Assembly: GCA_014905635.1 (NCBI GenBank)
Contig: CM026547.1
Location: 2,232,001-2,296,000, forward strand
From: Scenedesmus sp. PABB004
Lineage: Eukaryota
Length of the DNA: 64,000 bases
Reading direction: 5' to 3'
Shown: positions 57,813 to 64,000 of the stretch, one piece after another
Position numbering within the stretch: position 1 is the stretch's first letter
How the letters are laid out: every line of letters begins with the position of its first letter
Notes under the pieces: generated by a model
Databases searched by the model: none
Seen by the model: the letters and a program-made list of their open reading frames with translations, nothing else
Told to the model about the DNA's origin: nothing
Made by a program: the position numbers and the translations under genes

Positions 57813-59674
57813 TCACTCCGCCGCGACCGCGCGGCGCGCCATCTCGAGCGCGCCGTCGTATGTGGCGTTGCCGCCGATGAACCCGCCCGCGTGCACAAAC
57901 ACGCCGCCCGGCACGCCGCTCGCCTCGGACAGCGCGTCGTCGCGCAGGCCGCGCCACGCGGCCGGGAGGCCCTTGCGCTGCTCAAAGCTGCCCGGCGCGG
58001 GCGGCACGCACTGGATGCGCCACTTGCGTTCGCGCTCGTCCTCGTACAGCACGTACAGGATGGGGCTGCTCACGCGCAGCTCCTCCTCCAGCGCAAACAG
58101 GTGCTCCTTCCACGGCACGCCGCCCTGCGCCCCGCGGCGCGGCGGGGGTGGGCGGCAGCGGGCGCGCGCGGCGCCGTGCGCGTGCGGTGGCGGCGCGGCG
58201 CGCGCGGCGGCGGCAGGGCGCGCCGCCGCGCGGCTGCGGGCGGGCGAGGCGCGGGCGGGCGGGCGGCTGCGGGCGGGCGGGGCGCACCGCCTTGAGCACC
58301 ACGATCTGGCCGCTGGGGTCGACCGTGAGGCGCTCCTGGATGGCCGCCGCGACGACCTGCTTCGCCGGCAGCCACACGCCCGCCACGTACTTGACCGCCT
58401 CCAGGAACTCACCGCCTGCGCGCGCCCGGGGGCGCGTGAGCGCGGCGGCGCGGCAGGCGGCACGCTCCCGCGCCGCCGCGGCCGCGGCGTGCACCCGCGA
58501 GCGCCATGGCCTTTGCAAAGCCCGCGTCGAGCGTCTCGTCGGTGTACGCCTCGTTCCAGGCGGGGTTGAACCGCGCCACGCGCGCCGCGAGCGTCGAGTT
58601 GTTGACATACCTGCGTGCGCGCCGCGCCGCGCCGTGGGGCAGCCGTGGGGCGGCCCGCGCGCGGTCCCGCGCCGCCGCCGCCGCCGCTGCATCGCCGCCG
58701 CGCGCGCACCGCGCGGGCGCGTCGGTGTCGAACTGGCTGACGCCGTTGTCGATGGCGTCGACCGCCTCCATGAAGGAGCGGTAGACCGCCAGGTAGGCCG
58801 CCTCCACGTCGGCGTGGCCCTCGGGCAGCTTCATCGCGGCCGCGACAATCTCCCGCCCATAGTGCTTGTACACCAGGCCTGGCGGCGAGCAGGGCGGAGC
58901 GCGGGCGGGCGGTGGGCGGGGAGGGGCGCGCCCCGCGGCCAGCCGCGCGCGGCGCCGGGAGCACGCGCCGGGGCGCCGCGCCGCCGCGGCGCCGGCGGCC
59001 GCACCCGCGCTGGAGAGCTTGGTCGTGAAGCCGTGGCCAAAGACCTCGTCGAAGCCGCGCTGGTGGTGGTCGTAGCGCGCGGCGGCGGGGTCGTACACGC
59101 CGCCGACGTCAATCACGACGTCACAGTCGGCCAGCACCGCGGGGTCGCGCGACCTGCGGCGCCAAGCGCGCCGCGCACTCAGCGGCGGCGGCTCCGGCTG
59201 CGGCGTCGGGCCGCCGGGCCGCGCCCGCACGCACGGCGGCCGCGCGCGCGCGCCTGACGATGCTGCAGTCCTTGAACTGCGACGTCTGCTTGAGCATGAA
59301 GCAGCCCAGCGCCTGCGCCGCCGCGCCACGGCCAGCGCTCGGCGCGCGCCGCGTGCGCTGCTGCCGGCACCGGCGCCGCGCTGCAATGGGGGGCCCGCCC
59401 CCGGCGCCGCGCCACGCGCCTCATCGCAGTGGAAGGTGCCCGAGTGCGTCCCGATGCTCACGGCCTTGCGCTTGTGCGCGCCGGCCTCGGCGGCCATCAC
59501 GCGCTGCTGCTGCCGCCGGCGCTGGCTGGGCGAGGCGCGGGCGCTGGCTGTGAGCGCCGATCTGCTCACGGGAGCTCCCGGGAGGCGCGCCAAGCGTGTC
59601 GACGCTGCTGCAGCGCGCAAGGCCGGGAGCAAGCACGATGAGCGCGCCAACGTCCGCGTGAATGATGCCAGCAT
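57813..59674 (-). CDS. MYG1: MYG1 (UPF0160) DHH-type exonuclease; multi-exon
   Basis: IGTHSGTFHCDE, DVGGVYD...YDHHQRGF, KLSSAGLVYKHYG, AVDAIDNG, WRGLRD and FVHAGGFIGGN. Confidence 0.95.
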
Positions 59675-59937
59675 TGTGACGCCGCCAGAGACACGTCGGG
59701 GTGTCGCGGCGCGTCGCGGCGGCGCGCTGAGCCGCGATGTCACTTGCAAGCTGCAACCGACAGTGCAGTTCAGCCGGGCGGCGCGCAACACACTCCCTGG
59801 CGACCAGAGGCGAAGGCTGCGACACGCGTGGGCCAGCTCGCGCGCCCGCCGGCGCACCCCGCCGCGCACGCGCCCGCCGCCGCTGCTGCTCCGCGTCGCG
59901 GGCGCTCCGCGCGGCCGCGCCGCCGCGCGCGGCCAGG

Positions 59938-61469
59938 ATGGTAAAGTTCAAGCTGGAAGCCCTGGGGCAGGGCATGAGGAGCCTGGACAGCGGCCTGTCG
60001 ACGGCGGTGAAGACGCTCGACACGGGCCTGAGCACCGCCGTCAAGGGCGCGGGTGCGCCGGCGCGCGGCGGCGGGGGCGCCGCGCCGCGCCGCGGGCGCC
60101 GGCGGCGCCGGCGGCAGCCGAGCGCCATGCCGCCGCCGCCGCAGGCGCCGCTGCGGGCGCGGTCGGCAGCGGCGTGGGCGGCGTCGTCGGCGCGGCGACC
60201 AACGCGGGGCTGTCGGGCGTCTTCTCCCTCGGCCGCGGCTTCAGGTGTGCGCCCGGGCAACCCCACGGCGCGCGCGCGCGCGCGCGTCACGCCTGCGAGC
60301 TGCGGGCTGCGGGCTGCCGGTGCGGCGGCAGCAGCCAGCGCGCGACACGGGCGGGGGCTGCGCCCGCGGCGCCGCCGCCAGGGACTTCATCCTGCGCGGC
60401 ACGGTGGTGGAGCTCGCGGTCGCGGTCGTGCTGGGCACGGCGTTCACCAACCTCATCGCGGCGGCCACCTCGGTGCGCGCGGCGCTGCGGGCGGGGCGGG
60501 CCAGCTGGCGCGCGGCGCGGCGCGGCGGGGGCGGCGGCAGCAGGGGCGGTTGGCGGCGGCTCAGCGCGCGCGCCGCGCGCGCTGTGCGCGCGCAGGACTG
60601 GATCACGCCCCTGATCGGCGCGATCTTCCGGGGCTCCAACTTCCAGGAGCTGAGCTTCCAGCTCAACGGCAGCACGTTCAACTACGGGCACTTCATCAAC
60701 GAGTTCATCGTCTTCATACTCGTCTGCTTGCTGCTCTACTTTGCGGTGGTCGTGCCGCTCGAAAAGGTGCGCGCGGGCGCAGCCCACGGCGGGGCGGAGC
60801 GTCGCGCGCTGTGCTGCGTTGCGACGCGCGCCGCGCGCCGCGCCGCCGCAGCTGCAATTCGCGGCGTTCAAGCACCGCGCGATCCTGCGGGACTGCCCGT
60901 ACTGCTTCGAGGAGATCAGCCTCGCCGCGTCGCGCTGCCGCTACTGCTGCGGCGAGCTGGAGGTCGACGCGGACATCCTGCACGCCATGGAGATGGCCGA
61001 GGCGGCGATCGACTCGCAGGCCAGCAAGAGCTGGCTCTCGCGCCGCTTCGCGCGCTGCTTCAAGAGCAAGACGGCGGTGCTGCAGGAGACGGAGCAGGGC
61101 GGCGTGGAGATGGCCATCGCCGACGACGAGGCCGTGAACGCCGCGCTGCCGCCGCGCAGCATGGCCAGCGCCACCGGCGAGCCGCGCCAGGCGGGCCCGC
61201 CGACGGGCACGAGCTGGCGCCGCGTGAGCAGCCGCGGCTCCAGCGCGGCCGGGTCGCCCGCGGCGAGCTTCACCGGGGACGCCCCCGCGAGCTACCTGTC
61301 GGCGCGGAGCTCGTCGGCCACGTCCGGCGGCGGCAGCCGGCTCGGCCCCGGCCGCAGCAGCAGCACGTCGCCGCCCGCGGTCGCCGCGGGCGACGCGACC
61401 CTGGACGTCGCGGCGCTGCAGGCCCGCCTCGCGGCCGCCGGCAGCAGCAGCGGCGTGCGGCGCTTCTGA
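59938..61469 (+). CDS. mscL: Large-conductance mechanosensitive channel MscL homolog with a C-terminal Cys4 knuckle and Ser-rich tail; 5 exons
   Basis: Removing introns 60053-60144, 60245-60381, 60473-60595 and 60767-60851 gives GFRDFILRGTVVELAVAVVLGTAFTNLI..DWITPLIG...FNYGHFINEFIVFILV..LYFAVVVP...RDCPYCFEEISLAASRCRYC. Confidence 0.9.
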
Positions 61470-61985
61470 GCGCGGCTCGCTGCTCGCGCTGGCACGGCGG
61501 CTTGCGGCAGCACTGTTCACTTTAATCAGTTGATCGCTTCGCGCGCACGCGCGCTGTCCAACCAACGAACGCGGCTCGCAAGCTCCGGGCGCGCCGGACC
61601 GACCTTGACTGTCGTTGCGCATCGTTACGGCTGCACCTGGGGCATACGCATGAGCTCGTGGGCACACAAAGACTGCTGGCCTGAGCGCTCGGCCAACTGA
61701 CGACGACCGGGGGACGTGTGTGCGGGGCCCGCGCGCCGGTGTGTGGCTTTGCGCGCCCCGCCCGGGCACGGCGGCGCGCGCCTCCGCGCGGGTGGCACAG
61801 CGGCGGCGGCGGGAGGTGGAGGGTGATGCCATGCAGCCCGCAGCCTGCAGCGGCGGGACGTGCGGCAGCGGCTTCGGGGGCGCCGCGGCAGCAGCGGCGC
61901 CCGGCGGCGCCCGGCGGCCCCCAGCGGCCCTCCCGCGCGCTATCGAGGAGCGGGCGCCCCGGTTTGGGGTGCGAAAAAGGTAAAA

Positions 61986-62057
61986 GGGGAACTGCGGGAA
62001 TTGAACCCGCGACCTCTCGTACCCTAAACGAGAATCATACCACTAGACCAAGTTCCC
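61986..62057 (-). tRNA. tRNA-Pro(AGG), intronless
   Basis: GGGAACT/AGTTCCC acceptor stem, D-arm TGGTCTAGTGGTATGATT, anticodon arm CTCGT-TTAGGGT-ACGAG and T-loop GGTTCAATTCC. A TTTT Pol III terminator follows at 61982-61985. Confidence 0.97.
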
Positions 62058-62829
62058 GGAAGCCGCGCAAGACAGCTCCCGTCACATGTGCTATTCTCAA
62101 GACCTCCGGTGAAGGAGGCGCGTTCGGTGAGGTTGCCCGTCGAGCCATCTGCGCGTAATATGTACAGCATGCCTCAAATTTGGCCAAATCGCACCCTGCC
62201 ATCCTTTCGCACCTGTGACCCCCGCAACGTGTTAGGGGGGCCCGGGAGGGCCACTCAGACCCACTGTTGAGCGGGGGGGAGGAACAACTCGCCACAAAAC
62301 ACCGCCAAAAGTCGACGATACTGCGCCACGGCGCGCGCCAGCGCGCCCAACAGCGCCCACGCGACACGCCACACACGCACACCGGCCGCGCGCGCCCGCG
62401 CCGCCGCCGCCGCGGGCCGCACGCCGCCCGCCGACGGCGCGAGGCCGCGCGGCCCGCCGCGGCCAGCGCAGAGCCCGCTGAGGTCGCGCCCCAGCTCGTG
62501 CGGCTCGCGCCCAAGCTCGCAGGCGCGGCCGCGCGCTGGCGCACCAGCCGGCGCGTGGCTGCCGGCGACGCGCCCGTCGCGCGGGGGCGCCGGCGTCGAA
62601 GCGCGCCCATCGGACGGGCGCGCGGGCTGCGCGCGCCACACGGGCCCCAGCCCGCCGCTGGCCACGATGCAGCTGCTCTGTGCTCCGTGCTGCTCCGCTG
62701 CGGCCGGGCCGGTTGCACGCGGCGGTGCGGCGCTGCGCGTGCACGTCACTCAGAGCCCCGCTCGCGCCGCCTTCCTGCCGCCGCGCACGACACAGGGGCC
62801 AGCCGCGCAGCACGCAGCCGCCCGCCGTG

Positions 62830-64000
62830 CTACTGCTGAGGCGCCAGCGCGGGCGCGGGCGCGGGCGCCGCTGCGCTGCCGGGCGCCGCGGCCGCCGCCG
62901 GCGCGGCCGGGAGGCGCGTGTAGTCTGGTAGCGGGCCGACCTTGTTGATGGGCCAGTACTTGAACACCGCGCGGCCCAGGATGTTCTCCTTGGGCAGCGG
63001 GCCCCACACGTGGCCGTCGTAGCTGTTGTTGCGGTTGTCGCCCAGGCAAAACACCTGGGCGGATGGGGGGGGGGGCAGCGGCGGCGCGTGGGCTGCTGCC
63101 GCCGCCGCCGCCGCGCAGCGCGCCGCCGCGCAGCGCGCCGCCGCGCCGCTGCGCGCCGCGCTCACGTCGCCCGGCGGCACCACGAGCCGGCCGAGCGTGT
63201 AGGCTGGGCGCTGGTAGATGAACGGCTCCTCCCGCGCCACGCCGTTGACGTAGAGCGTGCCGTCGCGCACCTGCGGCGCGCGGACGCGTCGGCGCGCGCG
63301 TCGGCGCGCGGGGCGCGGCGCGGCGTGGCGCTGCAGCCCCGCATGCGCACGCGCACGCGAGCGCGTCGGCGCGGCGCGCGCCTCGACGGTGTCGCCCTCG
63401 ACCGCGACGACGCGCTTGATGAAGACGTTGTCGCCAAACAGGTCCTTGCTGCCCACGCCCTCCACGGGGTGGAAGATCACGACGTCGCCCGCGACCGGCG
63501 GCCTGCGCGGCGCGCGGCGCGCGCGCGGGGCGCGGCGGGGCGTGGCGGTCGGGCCGCGCGGGGCGCGGCGGGCGCACGCGCGCGCGCGCGCGCCGCGTCG
63601 CGCCGCGGCCACGTCTGGGCCGGGCCGCGGCCGCGGCGCGCACCGGCTGAAGCGGTAGGTCAGCTTCTCCGCGATGAGGCGGTCGCCGACGTCAAAGGTG
63701 GGGAACATCGAGAGCGACGGGATGAAGCGCGGCTCCGCGACAAACCTGCGCGCCGGCCGGCGGCGCGGCGGCGCTGCCGGGTCGGCCCCGGCCGCTGCTG
63801 CACGCGCGGCGGCGCAGCCGCGGCCGAGCCCGGCCCAGCGCCCCGCCCGCCGCCGCTGCCGCCGCGCAGGCCGGCCCGCCCCGCCGCGCGCGCACCAGCG
63901 GATGCCGTAAGAGATGCCCAGCGCCAGCGTGATGGTGAGCAGGTCGTCTTTGCTCACGCGCAGGCCCAGGAAGCTGAAGTAGCCGTCCGAGGGCGGCGGC
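62830..64000 (-). CDS. Thylakoidal processing peptidase / type I signal peptidase (Plsp1-like); 5' end outside the window
   Basis: AEPRFIPSLSMFPTFDVGDRLIAEK (catalytic Ser), FIKRVVA (catalytic Lys) and GDNRNNSYDGHVWGPLP. Confidence 0.93.
   Translation of the reverse strand, partial: PPPSDGYFSFLGLRVSKDDLLTITLALGISYGIRWCARGGAGRPARRQRRRAGRWAGLGRGCAAARAAAAGADPAAPPRRRPARRFVAEPRFIPSLSMFPTFDVGDRLIAEKLTYRFSRCAPRPRPGPDVAAARRGARARACARRAPRGPTATPRRAPRARRAPRRPPVAGDVVIFHPVEGVGSKDLFGDNVFIKRVVAVEGDTVEARAAPTRSRARAHAGLQRHAAPRPARRRARRRVRAPQVRDGTLYVNGVAREEPFIYQRPAYTLGRLVVPPGDVSAARSGAAARCAAARCAAAAAAAAHAPPLPPPPSAQVFCLGDNRNNSYDGHVWGPLPKENILGRAVFKYWPINKVGPLPDYTRLPAAPAAAAAPGSAAAPAPAPALAPQQ

Noticed and set aside
1..64000. 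Hundreds of long overlapping ORFs in the six-frame track, e.g. 10551-13829(-), 14482-17049(-), 37069-39831(-)
   Set aside because: They are Arg/Ala/Pro-rich products of stop-codon scarcity at very high GC. They are antisense or off-frame shadows of spliced genes, or run through introns.
1..64000. Introner-like repeated intron family
   Set aside because: Introns share only short donor, branch and acceptor motifs plus GCC/CG low-complexity filler. I saw no extended intron-to-intron identity, though an all-versus-all alignment would be needed to exclude it fully.
1..64000. Alternative genetic code or stop-codon readthrough
   Set aside because: Recognised genes end at TGA, TAA or TAG at the expected positions, and I found no in-frame stops in conserved exons.

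Overview
A very GC-rich, intron-dense eukaryotic nuclear window from a chlorophyte green alga. The assignment rests on short GTGCG/GCGCG...CGCAG introns with CTGAC/CTCAC branch sites, TGTAA poly(A) signals and nuclear photosynthesis genes. The six-frame ORF track is mostly GC-driven noise, so I reassembled genes manually across introns. About 28 protein-coding genes and one tRNA-Pro(AGG) are packed at roughly one per 2.2 kb. They encode an RWA/CAS1 acetyltransferase, PPD3, RCE1, an EF-hand protein, TRM3/TARBP1, PsaO, a TruA-type synthase, a TCAIM-like protein, MPH2, an Mpv17-family protein, RPL27a, cytosolic pyruvate kinase, an OPR-like protein, a SET protein, CGLD27, FOR20, MetAP1, an MscS-like channel, kinesin-II FLA10, a membrane-anchored bZIP, organellar S15, MYG1, MscL, a thylakoid signal peptidase and several uncharacterised proteins. 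Five observations stand out. (1) A spliced, bacterial-type MscL channel carries an 11-mer-repeat N-terminal extension and a C-terminal Cys4 knuckle. (2) A ~380-bp inverted duplication brackets the bZIP gene and sits ~50-60 bp upstream of the ATG of both FLA10 and a coiled-coil gene. (3) The bZIP mRNA has an IRE1-type stem-loop whose predicted cut removes the membrane anchor. (4) AG|GCGCG (GC-AG) intron donors are unusually frequent. (5) Pyruvate kinase has a candidate in-frame extra exon. Family assignments come from motif recognition only, with no database searches, and exon boundaries are manual.
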